DNA from: a virus
Taxonomy: Duplodnaviria > Caudoviricetes
Length of the DNA: 64,000 nt
Virus record (IMG/VR): IMGVR_UViG_3300020576_006344
Location: 1 to 64,000 of that record
Strand: one strand, 5' to 3'
The notes beneath the pieces are model-generated. The model was given only the letters and a program-made list of their open reading frames with translations, ran no database searches and was not told the DNA's origin. How positions within the stretch are numbered: position 1 is the first letter of the stretch; every line of letters begins with the position of its first letter. Positions 46,539 to 57,263 of the stretch are shown piece after piece. The translations under genes and the position numbers were made by a program.

Positions 46539-49385
46539 TCATAACGAGATGGCGAAGCCTCCTAGGCCGTTGTTGCCGAGATTGTAGTCACCCTCCTGTT
46601 GGTTGGGCACTACGTCCGTTTTGATGATCCTACCTGTAGTGTAGGCGTCAACATAATTGACGATGTTCTCCACATAGTATGGCACACCAGCGACTTTGGC
46701 CGTGAACCGGATCACATTGTTGCTGAGGAGTTGCCCATAAACCGGACCCTCGTCGATGGAGTTGTCCGAATTGCCGGTATCTAGGCGTTCCTGTAGAGTA
46801 GATGCTGGCAATGAAGTGCCATTTTGATCCACTGCTGGCACGTTGTTGGTCCACCACCACTCCGCTAGGTTTCTCAGGCCATAAAGGTTGCCTCCGAAAG
46901 TGTATACCGTCTCGTTGCCAGAGCTACCATATCTGAAATCGAATGATCGTGAGTACGGGGGTGTGTAAGGGTTGTGTGCGTATATGGCGAGTTCTACTGT
47001 CTTGAACGTTGGTGTGATGACTATCGTCTCGAACGTATTGGTCAGCGGTGTCACTCTCTGCGGCAAGAACCCAGCCGTGAAAAGATCTTCACCGAGTCCG
47101 TAATTGGTTAGATTCTCCTTGGTGTCATGAATGATGTTGTCGGCGAGGAAACATATTCCGTTGACGAATGCCGATCCGCGTTCCATATAGGATGGTTGCA
47201 CTTGGTTGACTTGCCAATACTGTAGAAATTGGTCATCTATAGTTGAGCCAGAGCCATAATATGGCTGCCCAAGGTCTTGATAGTAAGGGCGTAAAATGGA
47301 CCCATAGCTGGTCACCAGATAGTACGGAATTGGTGTTTCGGACGCGTCAAGTTCGGTGCGTGGGATGAGAAGGGAACGGAATCCGTTCTTCTCAAGTGTG
47401 AATGAATAAGATGCCTTGGTATTCTCTTCGGAGTTTGCCAGAAGCTGGATGTTGTACTCTTCTTGTTCCTTTTCGTAGAAACCCACTAGTGTTGTCGCAG
47501 TGATAGACGGATCTGTCGTGCGGAAATCAAGCTTCACTCCGGGACTCTTGGAGGTCAGCACCACGGTCAACCCGGTGTCATTGAATACGGCATCGAATGG
47601 CTGCTCTATCTGGTAATACTGATAGGCATCGTATTCTGGCGTGCCAATGCATCGCTTGAACGTGCTGTATCCAAGGTATCCGTTATTGCCGATGAACCGA
47701 TGGAACCCGTTGATGGTGTATCTCAGGGTTTGGTTTCCGTTGTTGGTAGACCATTCAGAATTTATGCCAGCAAAGACACCGAAATTCACCGGGAATTGCA
47801 ACTTGATGGAGTGTCGTTGTGGCCCTATGAACCTTGTAGGCAGAGAAAACGACTTTACCTCGCCTATGTCGAATATGCTTTCCTGCTCTACTCCGAGCAG
47901 CGGGTTCATAGGAAATAGCGTTCTATTGCCTTCGTTCTTTATCTTGAGCCTGTATCCGGATGATGGATAGAACTCTTCACCTCTTCCTTCATACCTGTAT
48001 CCGTTGCGAAGAACAGAATAGCTGGGGAGGGTTTGTGTCGCCAATATGGTCTGCTGATAGAAAGTCCTGCCCGTGAAGTATACACTGTTCTCATATGTCG
48101 GTCCTAAAAACAGTGACACATAGTTGCGTGTTGTCGTATCGTCGAAGACAATGCGGCTCTCGACGAATCTGCCGGGCTCACAGTAAAGAAGGTCCCTTAG
48201 CCCAAGATCCACGTATTCAGTGAACTCTATCTCGAAATCCGTGTTGGCGCTGAATGACAGGAGCTTGATCTGTTCGTTCTGCTGCCAGTACAGGTTGACG
48301 GGAAGGTCGATGACTGATCCATTCATGCTGAACGTGATGTCGGGCGATGAGCCAGCACGGTAATCCATGGGCACATTGTTTGTTCCGGAAGTATCATAGT
48401 TCACGTCTAGTATCACCTGATACAGATCGGAGTGTGGTTCTATGATGGCCGAGAAACTGCTGACGATCGTATGGGGCCCGACATAGCTTCCGGTGAGCAC
48501 TTTGAAATCCACACCAGCCGATATCAAGTGAACATTTTCCAGTGGCACCTGCACAAGAAATGTCATTCTGCCAGCATAAGGTCCATCGGGTATGGACTTG
48601 ATTATGTCGTTGCCTTGTCCCACATCATTGAACGTGGACCCAAGGAAGAAACCCGCTGTTGAGCTTGACTCCAGACATTTCAATGTGAGGACCTCAAGGC
48701 CGAATGGGCTTGGTTTGTCCAGTGATATGAGCAATTGACCGCTCTCGCCTTCAGATAGTTGCTGTTGTGTTATGTCAAAGGTGACCTTTGCCTTTTTTTC
48801 CTCTATGATGTTATAGTCGTTCCTTATCCAGTGCTTGTTGAAGAAGAACGGGAAGTCGTTCTCTATCAAAGATGTTTCTCCATCCGAATTGATGTCTATG
48901 GTCGCGCTCCCATACGGAACGATGGTGCCATCGGCATCATAGAAAACGACGCGCTGTTCCCATTCCTGATCCCGATACGTGAGATTGTTGGATTCTATCC
49001 TGAAGTAGACGACGTCGTATTTGTAATTGCTGAGCTTTATGTAGTATTTGCCACTGTGTTTGCCGAAGATGTTTGGTTTGTCATAGGCGATCGTACTGGG
49101 CTCTATGATAGCTATCTGATGCTGTCTACCGGCATCGCGATATACGCGAATGGAAAGTCCGGGACAATCTACCACAGTGGAATCCAACACTCCATAGATG
49201 ATGAAGTTGCGCGATGTATTTCTCTCCTTAATGAACTGGGCGGCAAGGTCGAAGTCGTTGTCGAAGCGCTCTTTTTTGAATTCATCGAATTGCCTGCGCA
49301 GGTCAACATTGAGGAACATGTCTACATCCTCGCCGGTTACCCTTCTCTTGCTGGGTAGCAGTATTTTGATCCTGTTATCCATCAT
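46539..49385 (-). CDS. Large structural protein with Calx-beta-like segment
   Basis: LSEGESGQLLISLDKPSPFGLE...WQQNEQIK...DFEIE, paralogous to 43216..45030. Confidence 0.6.
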   Translation of the reverse strand: MMDNRIKILLPSKRRVTGEDVDMFLNVDLRRQFDEFKKERFDNDFDLAAQFIKERNTSRNFIIYGVLDSTVVDCPGLSIRVYRDAGRQHQIAIIEPSTIAYDKPNIFGKHSGKYYIKLSNYKYDVVYFRIESNNLTYRDQEWEQRVVFYDADGTIVPYGSATIDINSDGETSLIENDFPFFFNKHWIRNDYNIIEEKKAKVTFDITQQQLSEGESGQLLISLDKPSPFGLEVLTLKCLESSSTAGFFLGSTFNDVGQGNDIIKSIPDGPYAGRMTFLVQVPLENVHLISAGVDFKVLTGSYVGPHTIVSSFSAIIEPHSDLYQVILDVNYDTSGTNNVPMDYRAGSSPDITFSMNGSVIDLPVNLYWQQNEQIKLLSFSANTDFEIEFTEYVDLGLRDLLYCEPGRFVESRIVFDDTTTRNYVSLFLGPTYENSVYFTGRTFYQQTILATQTLPSYSVLRNGYRYEGRGEEFYPSSGYRLKIKNEGNRTLFPMNPLLGVEQESIFDIGEVKSFSLPTRFIGPQRHSIKLQFPVNFGVFAGINSEWSTNNGNQTLRYTINGFHRFIGNNGYLGYSTFKRCIGTPEYDAYQYYQIEQPFDAVFNDTGLTVVLTSKSPGVKLDFRTTDPSITATTLVGFYEKEQEEYNIQLLANSEENTKASYSFTLEKNGFRSLLIPRTELDASETPIPYYLVTSYGSILRPYYQDLGQPYYGSGSTIDDQFLQYWQVNQVQPSYMERGSAFVNGICFLADNIIHDTKENLTNYGLGEDLFTAGFLPQRVTPLTNTFETIVITPTFKTVELAIYAHNPYTPPYSRSFDFRYGSSGNETVYTFGGNLYGLRNLAEWWWTNNVPAVDQNGTSLPASTLQERLDTGNSDNSIDEGPVYGQLLSNNVIRFTAKVAGVPYYVENIVNYVDAYTTGRIIKTDVVPNQQEGDYNLGNNGLGGFAISL

Positions 49386-52354
49386 TCTCCATTGCTATCT
49401 TCCCTGTATGGAACTCCGTATGGGCATGTAATATCAACCTGCCAAGGCCAGAACCTTGCCCCCCAGAAAGGATCTCCACGGCCACCGCGCTGGTCAGGCT
49501 GGGCGAACGCCATGCCCGGAACTATGACCGTGGCTCTGCCATCACATGCCGTGTTAACGTTGGTCAGATATGATCTTATCCAATACATGGGTACGTTGGA
49601 CTCTGGACCGGCATTCGATGAGTACACGAACAGCGCTCTGTCATGGGTAGGCCCCTCCTGTTGCGCTTCTCCTGCGAAGAATCCACCTTCGCCATTGTAG
49701 AGCTTTACGTTCTGGAAAACGAATTCATATCGCGCTTCACGGTACCTGAACAACTCATAGTCGAAATTGAGGTTGCCGGGCAGTCGCAAGACGGCATTCT
49801 CGAACGTGGTGGATGTTTCGCTCAACTCTGATCCATAGAATGTTGCGGCGGCTCCGGGTGCAAGGCGTCTGCCAAGTATCTCTACGGTAACTACGCCCAT
49901 ATTGCGTATCCTGAGAGTCATTTCGTTGATGGACATTTCCCAACCAACACCTCCGGTGGACCAGAACAGATTGCCACCGCCACCACCGCTGTTCTGAATG
50001 CCCATGAAGGTTCTGGCGCCACGTCCTCTATGGAAGAACATTCGGTTGAAGTTGTAGTCCGTATAGGTGGGAGTGACGGCTGGTATCGCCAAATTGAGGT
50101 TCTTAGGACTTGGGTCCACTATCCTGTAAATGTCGAGGCCACCCTCCTTCATCTCCGTCTCCGAACCAAGGTCCAAGAACAGCTTTTTCCCAGCGGGAGT
50201 GCTTAGGAATTGGAACGCCGTCTGATAGTTGTAGGACGAGTGCAGCGGTTCATTGGAACCATTGACCATGGCTGGGGTGACGACCGTGTGCGGGTTCTTG
50301 GTGTCGAACGGGTATATCGCCTCTGAGCCATCATTGTTGGTGTAGTGCGCTATGCGTGGCCATCCTTCAGGCCTCAGCCAATAGCCATATCCGCATTCCA
50401 CGCGCTGGTATTTTTCACCGCCCACCACAGAAGAAGAGCCGGGTTGAATCGGGAAGTCAGGGTTGTTGGGCATGTATCCCACTGCGTACTTTGAGTTGGG
50501 GTCCTCTGAGTTCTCGTACCGGTACATGTAGTTCATGGTGACATACTTGGAGAAGTCTGTCTTGAACCACTCATTGTTCGTCTCATCTATGGCCGCTCCG
50601 TATCCACCGGTCCCCCCATAGATGTTATCGATGTTTAGGAATTGATGGAATGGGTTGCCGATCAGTTCTCCATCCAAGAACTTGGGACGCTCCAGCCATC
50701 TCTTGCCAGCATTGTTGAGGACATCGAAGTCGGGATTCAACATGCTGGGCACCTTCGGTATGTCGTACGGCTCAGGATAGATGTGGTCCCACTTCCGCTC
50801 GTATGGGAACGCTCCTCCGATGGGTTGTGCTGCGGAGTTCTGCGTCGCCATGTCAGCGTTGTTCTTGTTGAGGTTGAAGTGGTCCCTCGTAACATAAGAT
50901 CCACTTTCGAACACGAACTTGCTGGAGCCCGTGTTGCGGAAGAACTGCGTCTGGTCTGAATAGTACATCGACAACTGATATCCGGCCAACCAGACTCCTT
51001 TCGACCCCATAGGCTCTCCATTCTGGTCGGTCTTCCTGCCAACCGGGTCGTACATGTTGGCGGGAAGCTTGAACGCGTGATAGCCATCGGTGTAGAATTG
51101 TGCTTTGGGCTTCAATTGCACGAATTCACCATCCCATAGAAGAACATGGTCGCTGTCGCGGAACAGCATGTCCGGCACCTCCATGATCTGTACTTTGGTC
51201 CTTGGGAAGCCGTCGCGTGCCATGTTGCGGATGGCAATGGTCAGTGGAGTGATGAACCCGCGTCGTTGAAGCTCCTCGAAGTCCAGTTCATTGAAGGAGA
51301 CCTGCTCTATGAAGTACGTTGCCCACTTCCTGAGATCAAGTTCGACCTTGATGTTGACCTCAGTGTATCCCGTCTGTAGGGTACCCCACGTGGGCACTAC
51401 ATCGATGGGGAACTGGCGAAAGAAAAGGTTGGGCAACCCGTCGATGTTCGGAGAATCATCCGCAGGGAACGGATAGAAGTTGAGCGCTATCTCATCTTGC
51501 GTGAGCCCCTGCTTGAACAGGTCCACTTCGAAGAACAGTGTTTGTGTTCCTGTCGGAACATTGTGGATGACGAACTCACCCTCATCATTGGTGGTGGTGA
51601 CATACTTGTAGTAGGCTGGTACGGCCGTGAACTCTCTTCCTGAGTGAAGATAGTTTGTAGTATCCGCCGTATACGACTGGATATTGAAGTAGTCAGCGGC
51701 TCTGGCGGCCTCGCTCAAGTTCAGGGTTATGCGGTTCCCGTTCTCATCGGAACTGGCCGGAGACGGGAACTCATCCGTTGGATTGAACACCCCCACCGGG
51801 ACGTTCCTCAGGGGAATGGTGATGTTGTTCCCGTTGACATCAATGATCTTCTGGAGAGCCACCAGTCGTCCGAACACGGTGCCTGTGGGGGATTCCTGAG
51901 ATGGAAAGCTGTTGACGAGGTTGTTGTAGATGCTCAGGGTATCGAGCGTGCCGAACGTTCTGTGGAGCGCCACATCGATGAACATGTCGTTCAGCAAGAT
52001 GTCCCTGAAGAACGTATAGGATGTTGACTGGCCGCTGAACATGATGTTCATGCTCTGCTGCCACTTTGTGTCTATCCTCAAGCGCTGTGTGCTGTTCAGG
52101 GAGTACTGAAGGTCCTCGAAGCGCGTAACACCCGTGATGAACGGCATGTTGAGGTTGGACAGCGGGACAAGACTGTTGTCGGTGTCTCTCCACATGGGGG
52201 TCACCTCGAACGTGTCGACGTGTACCGGCTGGTTGTTCTGGTTGAACAGGACGTACGCAGGGAACGTCGTGACCCCATCAGGTTCAAGGTGAGTGTTGAA
52301 GAAAGTGACTGTCGTGCCTGAGCGCGACGTTTTCAGCTTGATCTGTTCCTGCAT
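49382..52354 (-). CDS. Large structural protein with carboxypeptidase-regulatory/prealbumin-like domain
   Basis: GTVFGRL...YVTTTNDEGEFVIHNVPTGTQTL. Confidence 0.6.
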   Translation of the reverse strand: MQEQIKLKTSRSGTTVTFFNTHLEPDGVTTFPAYVLFNQNNQPVHVDTFEVTPMWRDTDNSLVPLSNLNMPFITGVTRFEDLQYSLNSTQRLRIDTKWQQSMNIMFSGQSTSYTFFRDILLNDMFIDVALHRTFGTLDTLSIYNNLVNSFPSQESPTGTVFGRLVALQKIIDVNGNNITIPLRNVPVGVFNPTDEFPSPASSDENGNRITLNLSEAARAADYFNIQSYTADTTNYLHSGREFTAVPAYYKYVTTTNDEGEFVIHNVPTGTQTLFFEVDLFKQGLTQDEIALNFYPFPADDSPNIDGLPNLFFRQFPIDVVPTWGTLQTGYTEVNIKVELDLRKWATYFIEQVSFNELDFEELQRRGFITPLTIAIRNMARDGFPRTKVQIMEVPDMLFRDSDHVLLWDGEFVQLKPKAQFYTDGYHAFKLPANMYDPVGRKTDQNGEPMGSKGVWLAGYQLSMYYSDQTQFFRNTGSSKFVFESGSYVTRDHFNLNKNNADMATQNSAAQPIGGAFPYERKWDHIYPEPYDIPKVPSMLNPDFDVLNNAGKRWLERPKFLDGELIGNPFHQFLNIDNIYGGTGGYGAAIDETNNEWFKTDFSKYVTMNYMYRYENSEDPNSKYAVGYMPNNPDFPIQPGSSSVVGGEKYQRVECGYGYWLRPEGWPRIAHYTNNDGSEAIYPFDTKNPHTVVTPAMVNGSNEPLHSSYNYQTAFQFLSTPAGKKLFLDLGSETEMKEGGLDIYRIVDPSPKNLNLAIPAVTPTYTDYNFNRMFFHRGRGARTFMGIQNSGGGGGNLFWSTGGVGWEMSINEMTLRIRNMGVVTVEILGRRLAPGAAATFYGSELSETSTTFENAVLRLPGNLNFDYELFRYREARYEFVFQNVKLYNGEGGFFAGEAQQEGPTHDRALFVYSSNAGPESNVPMYWIRSYLTNVNTACDGRATVIVPGMAFAQPDQRGGRGDPFWGARFWPWQVDITCPYGVPYREDSNGE

Positions 52355-52362
52355 GTCCCCAA

Positions 52363-52368
52363 TAAATA
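52363..52368 (-). promoter_or_regulatory. TATTTA candidate late promoter
   Basis: 8 nt upstream of ATG 52354. Confidence 0.6.
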
Positions 52369-52400
52369 TGGGGCTTCAGAATTGAGAAAGAAACAGTGTT

Positions 52401-53390
52401 TCAACCTCTTGGGTGGTGGGCTATCTCTTCGATGACCTCTGGGGCGAAAAGGGATTCAATGACCGCAAGCTCTTCGTCATAGAAAGATGCATTAGAGAAG
52501 AACTCCGTGACCTCCACGCAGAACTCGGGACGGATCGGCGTTTTCGGTTTCCTTTTCGGCTTGATCGGCTCAAACAACACTACGCTCTTATATGATAGCA
52601 TGAATGCGAACGCTGAGGCCATATCTCCTCGCAAGGCGGGTCCGAACCTCTTTTCCTTCATGGATGCCGTGTGATGCTGCTCTATGGCAAACCTAGCTGC
52701 GCCGATGGTGTCGAACCGGTCTAAGTTCTGCCAATTGTAAACACTCTCCATGTGCTTGTCCACAAGCACTTTGGTGTAGAACTGTGATGTTCCGTCAGCT
52801 AACACCTTCTGTATTATGCGGTACTTATCGAGGGTCTTGTCCATCTTGCTATCACTATATGCAGCGAGAGCTTGGGCGTTGTAGTATGGAGACGACCCTC
52901 TTACGAATGCGTATACGACTGGCGTGCTTCCGTACACCACTATGATGTTAGAGAGGAGTTCATCGCACTCGAATGTGTACGGGGGCTTGGACGTCAACTT
53001 CATGTGGTCCTTGAACACAGGGTGGCAGATGATCTTGATGTCGTTGACCTCGAATTCCAACCTGTTGGTGCGATGATGTCGTAGCAGTTCAGAGAAGAGG
53101 TCACGATATGCGTGGCTCTGATCTGATATTTCAACTGCGCGCATTTCGATGCGCTTGTCCGACTTCAGCAAGGACATGACCACGTACTTAGTGGTCTCGC
53201 TGCTACTGGAGAAGAAGATGGAGTTGTAATCGATGTCGCTTATCGAGAGACCTTTTTGTTGCCTGTCCTTGTTCACGAGGTCGATCAGGTACTGGCTGAT
53301 CGATGAGTACTCCATGGAGGACATATACCCAAGGTAGTTCTTGAGTTCTTCGGGGAGATTGAAATTGAACTGCTTGGTCTCCTGTTTCAT
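52401..53390 (-). CDS. Protein with N-terminal ribbon-helix-helix (CopG/Arc-like) domain
   Basis: MKQETKQFNFNLPEELKNYL...SISQYLIDLV. Confidence 0.6.
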   Translation of the reverse strand: MKQETKQFNFNLPEELKNYLGYMSSMEYSSISQYLIDLVNKDRQQKGLSISDIDYNSIFFSSSSETTKYVVMSLLKSDKRIEMRAVEISDQSHAYRDLFSELLRHHRTNRLEFEVNDIKIICHPVFKDHMKLTSKPPYTFECDELLSNIIVVYGSTPVVYAFVRGSSPYYNAQALAAYSDSKMDKTLDKYRIIQKVLADGTSQFYTKVLVDKHMESVYNWQNLDRFDTIGAARFAIEQHHTASMKEKRFGPALRGDMASAFAFMLSYKSVVLFEPIKPKRKPKTPIRPEFCVEVTEFFSNASFYDEELAVIESLFAPEVIEEIAHHPRG

Positions 53391-53395
53391 ATCAA

Positions 53396-53412
53396 TACAT
53401 ATACAATATGTA
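53396..53412. promoter_or_regulatory. Perfect inverted repeat TACATAT-ACA-ATATGTA (candidate operator)
   Basis: 5 nt upstream of the RHH gene start. Confidence 0.45.
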
Positions 53413-53530
53413 GGTCGGAAAACCTATTTGCAGGTCCTAGCGCAAGATTCTCGTTGATTTGGCATATACGGCGTATAGCCCCACCAATGGTGTGGGAACG
53501 CGTGTCACGTAATGTGATTCAGCAGGAAGA

Positions 53531-55393
53531 TTAGGCGACCCTTATGCGGATGTCACGCGCAGGATTCCGAATTTCTACCATACTGATGGGAGTCGAAAAA
53601 ATGGTGTTGTCCATCAATTCGATCTTGGTTCTGAAGCCTCCCGTCTCCGGTATTTGTTTTCTGTCGCCCAAGGCTTGGGAGATGAGCGTGGAGGAATATC
53701 CGCCTCCTTCTAGGTTGTAGAACTCGATGTTCACCACGTTTATCACGCCCGGAACTTCCCTCAGCACATCCACCAGTTGAGAGACATAGATGTGCTGGTT
53801 CATCTGCCAGCGCTCCACGTCCATGAAGTCGCGGATGACGTTCGCGGCGGCCAGCTTCACCTCGCGTGGGCTGAAGGCGTTCCTGTCGATGTGCAGGTCA
53901 ACGTTGATCTCTATGTTGATCACGCGACCGTCATTGATCTCGATGAAGTCGTTGATCATGCGATAGCGGGACATGTAGGTCACAAGGTTCTCCTTGATGG
54001 TGCTGGTGGAGGACGAAACGAGCTTGCCATTACCGTCTCGGGTAAGGATGTACATCTTGACCTTGTTGTCCTCCACTGTGGCATGTATCCTGAAGGGTCC
54101 TCCGAATTTGCCGGGCAATTGGTAAGCGCGCGAGATGTAGTCGTTCAAGGTCACGCAGCGGTCTTGAGCAGCGTGGTTGGCGGCGATGTTGTAGCGTATT
54201 TCCTCCACCGATGGCAATCCCTTGCCGCCCAAGGCGGGGATGGGGTTGTTGGACCGAGTGGACGAAATGACGAGGTTGTTCTGTGCGCTGTCGGGTCCGT
54301 TGATCTCAGGATTGACGTTGCTGACCTCCGTCAGGGTGTTAGCTCCCACGTTGCTCAGCGTGCCCCCTCCAACCCTGTACTGCACGAATATGGTGCAGTT
54401 CCTAGGTATCTTGTGGCCCAAGGCGGTGTTGTCGAGGATATCGGAGATGTTGAGGTTGGTATTGTTCCTGCATACATCTTCTCCCGATAGGAAAGACAAA
54501 TACGTGTTGTAGGTGTCGTAGTTCTCATCTCCACCGCCGAAGGTGAGCACGCAGCTACCATCGGACTTGAACTCCTTCTCGAAGCGCTTGCGCACTGTGA
54601 GCCACTGCCCTGTATGAACGCCATTGATGGAGGCTACCGTATCATCCTCAATGAAGATACGGTCGTTGGGAAGATAATCAACCTCGTAGTACCGTATGTC
54701 ATCGTCATGAAAGTCGCTGTAGGTAGGTACGGTCGTCACGTTCGTAGAGTCCATCACGATGACGCTGACGATATCCAACACGTTCTTCTGTGGAAGCTCA
54801 AGCTGAAAGAACGGCACCCCGCCTTGTTCTCCAATGACCGCCTTGTGTATCACGGTTGTCCCCGCCTTGATCTTCTCGCGCTTCAGTATCCTGTACTTGA
54901 TAAGCTGCTGGTTCCCGTTCAGGATCGGCTCTATGGTCCTGTTGGCTACTCCTTCATCGGAGAAGTCGCTGGAAAAGTCGATGTCATCAATGGTCTCGAA
55001 CACCTGACCTGCACCCTTTACCTGAACGCCCTTGCGGTATACTGGTAGGTAGTTCGGGTCAGGACCATCGGCCGTCACCGGAACTTCTATGATGATGTCC
55101 GACAACGAAAGGGCGGGACGAACACCCGGAACCTTGTAGCCTTTTGTCTTGGCCAAACGATAGACGCTCTCACGACTAAGGGCGCCATCGATGAACATCT
55201 CGATGAACTTCTTATCGGCTACGTGGCTCATGAGGTCGGCCACATAAGCGTTCATTTCGAGAAGCGACATGCCCGGAGAGGCTACGTTGAAATCCTGCCA
55301 CTGGTCCGGAAAGAATGTCCTTAGGTAGTCAATGAGGTCTCTTCTGACCGTATTGAAGTCCCTATCAAGATAATTGACTTGTACGTTTGGCAT
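53531..55393 (-). CDS. Baseplate wedge subunit (T4 gp6 / baseplate J-like)
   Basis: YLDRDF...L..YL...DFN..SPG...LAKTKGY, YRVGGG..SNV, AQDRCVTLNDY. Confidence 0.85.
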   Translation of the reverse strand: MPNVQVNYLDRDFNTVRRDLIDYLRTFFPDQWQDFNVASPGMSLLEMNAYVADLMSHVADKKFIEMFIDGALSRESVYRLAKTKGYKVPGVRPALSLSDIIIEVPVTADGPDPNYLPVYRKGVQVKGAGQVFETIDDIDFSSDFSDEGVANRTIEPILNGNQQLIKYRILKREKIKAGTTVIHKAVIGEQGGVPFFQLELPQKNVLDIVSVIVMDSTNVTTVPTYSDFHDDDIRYYEVDYLPNDRIFIEDDTVASINGVHTGQWLTVRKRFEKEFKSDGSCVLTFGGGDENYDTYNTYLSFLSGEDVCRNNTNLNISDILDNTALGHKIPRNCTIFVQYRVGGGTLSNVGANTLTEVSNVNPEINGPDSAQNNLVISSTRSNNPIPALGGKGLPSVEEIRYNIAANHAAQDRCVTLNDYISRAYQLPGKFGGPFRIHATVEDNKVKMYILTRDGNGKLVSSSTSTIKENLVTYMSRYRMINDFIEINDGRVINIEINVDLHIDRNAFSPREVKLAAANVIRDFMDVERWQMNQHIYVSQLVDVLREVPGVINVVNIEFYNLEGGGYSSTLISQALGDRKQIPETGGFRTKIELMDNTIFSTPISMVEIRNPARDIRIRVA

Positions 55394-55395
55394 GA

Positions 55396-55779
55396 TCAGG
55401 TTTGACTGGTATCGAATTGCATCTTCACGCTATCGGACAGACTGCCGAACGACGGTATGGAATAGACTATCTCCACTTCTAGTGCATTCTCTTCCTCGTT
55501 GGGCGTCAGTACGATATCCTTCAGTTCTATCTCGGGAAAGTACTTCTTCAATTTGGCATCGACGGCCTCGATTATCTCCTTCTCGGCAATGGCGTCCAAT
55601 GGCTCGAAGATGAAGTCGTACAATGGTGAATAGAGGTCATTGTGCATAGGCCTTTGCCCCCGCCTGAGGGTGAGGAAGGCGATCAGGTCGCTCTTGGTGG
55701 ACTCGCGCGTTGTCTGAGTGGGCTTTATTACGCCACCAATGTCGGTGTCCTTGAAGGGAAAATACAGTCCAATAGCCAT
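55396..55779 (-). CDS. Baseplate gp25/GPW-like protein
   Basis: GLYFPF...LTLRRGQRPMHNDLYSPLYDFIFEP. Confidence 0.8.
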   Translation of the reverse strand: MAIGLYFPFKDTDIGGVIKPTQTTRESTKSDLIAFLTLRRGQRPMHNDLYSPLYDFIFEPLDAIAEKEIIEAVDAKLKKYFPEIELKDIVLTPNEEENALEVEIVYSIPSFGSLSDSVKMQFDTSQT

Positions 55780-55794
55780 ATCAGAGCTTTCATC

Positions 55795-55800
55795 TAAATA
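55795..55800 (-). promoter_or_regulatory. TATTTA candidate late promoter
   Basis: 15 nt upstream of the gp25-like ATG, divergent pair with 55824. Confidence 0.6.
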
Positions 55801-55823
55801 GGAATGTCAACCAAATTGAGTCA

Positions 55824-55829
55824 TATTTA
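55824..55829 (+). promoter_or_regulatory. TATTTA candidate late promoter
   Basis: 15 nt upstream of ATG 55845. Confidence 0.6.
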
Positions 55830-55844
55830 GAGGGAAAGCAACAC

Positions 55845-57263
55845 ATGTCGCGGCTCAGGATCTATCCTACCAAGGAAAACACGATAGCGTCGGGCATTTA
55901 CGCCCCATACAACAGCAGCCAGAACGCTGTCGCTGACCTCTGGTATGGCGGCGGCGTGAGCACCGGTAGTGATTTCCGCAACTCCATAAGCCGCCACCTC
56001 ATGTACTTTGACCTGAGCGGGCTTTCAGCCAAGATAGCGGCATGCGAGGTCAATACGGCCCTGACGGTCACCTATCGATTGCGCATGAAGAACGCTGTTC
56101 CATCCGACAAGGTGTTGGATAAGGAGCAAGAGTTCCATCGGATGCAGAAGGCCATAGCCTCCTCCTTTGACCTGATCGCGTTCCCTGTGAACATGGCGTG
56201 GGATGAGGGTCGCGGATTCGATCTGCTCAAGGAGAAGAATCTGGTCAACCAATTGAGCAGTCCTCGACTATCAGGGTACTCCAACTGGGACCGCGCCACA
56301 TCAGTTATTCCATGGACGGAATCGGGGGTATTCACTGACCCCACGGCCAGCACGACCTACCATGCCACACAGCACTTTGCCATTGGAGGGGAGGACATGG
56401 ATATGGACGTTACGTCCATTGTCGAGGACTGGCTGAGCGGAGGCACCACCAACAATGGTATCGCCATCGCCTATAGGAGAGACTACGAACTTCTCAGTGG
56501 TGACACAAGGTACATCTCTACGTTCTTCACCAACAATACCAATTTCTCCCACAAGCCGTATCTGGAGGTCATCTTCGATGAGCAGAGGATAATGGACGAC
56601 CGATTGCAGGTGAGCAACAACAGAAGGTGCAGGCTGTTCCTGTACACATTCAGTGGCCACTCTGCGGCCAACTACGCCTCAGCATCAACGGTAAGCATTC
56701 TGGACTCCACCAATACGGTGATCACGTCGGGACTTGTGCCGACACAGCTTGAGAAGGGCGTGTATTACGTTGATGTCTTCATGTCAGGCGCATCGCGTGG
56801 TCAGAAGTACAAGGATGTGTGGAACGGCGTGTCGTTCGACCCTCCCTACGACCAGCAGAACATAACCCAGACATTCTCAATACAGGACAATTACTACACC
56901 TCCAATCTGCCAGACCTGAATGAGTACGCGCTCGATGTGTACGGCCTGACCAATGGGGACACATACTCCAATGACGAGGTCATTCGTGTATACTGCGACA
57001 TGAGGGTGAATTACAGCCTCAACGCCCCAGTGAAGAATTACAACCTCAAATACAGGGTCGTCATGAACCACCAAGAGGAGGTTATTCCATGGACCGCTGT
57101 GAATCAGGCTGTTATAGGCGGAAAGAAGACCAACTACTTTTTGCTCGACACCTCTTGGCTACTGCATAATCAGACCTACAATGTGGAGTTCAAGATAGAG
57201 GAGCTTGGTACCAGCAGGATAATGCCGGTGGCGCACACCTTCAAGGTGCTCAGGCCGTTTTAG
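55845..57263 (+). CDS. Structural protein with DNRLRE/disaggregatase-like domain
   Basis: SRHLMYFDLS...WDEG...MDVTSIVEDWLSG..NNGI...KPYLEV. Confidence 0.55.
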   Translation: MSRLRIYPTKENTIASGIYAPYNSSQNAVADLWYGGGVSTGSDFRNSISRHLMYFDLSGLSAKIAACEVNTALTVTYRLRMKNAVPSDKVLDKEQEFHRMQKAIASSFDLIAFPVNMAWDEGRGFDLLKEKNLVNQLSSPRLSGYSNWDRATSVIPWTESGVFTDPTASTTYHATQHFAIGGEDMDMDVTSIVEDWLSGGTTNNGIAIAYRRDYELLSGDTRYISTFFTNNTNFSHKPYLEVIFDEQRIMDDRLQVSNNRRCRLFLYTFSGHSAANYASASTVSILDSTNTVITSGLVPTQLEKGVYYVDVFMSGASRGQKYKDVWNGVSFDPPYDQQNITQTFSIQDNYYTSNLPDLNEYALDVYGLTNGDTYSNDEVIRVYCDMRVNYSLNAPVKNYNLKYRVVMNHQEEVIPWTAVNQAVIGGKKTNYFLLDTSWLLHNQTYNVEFKIEELGTSRIMPVAHTFKVLRPF

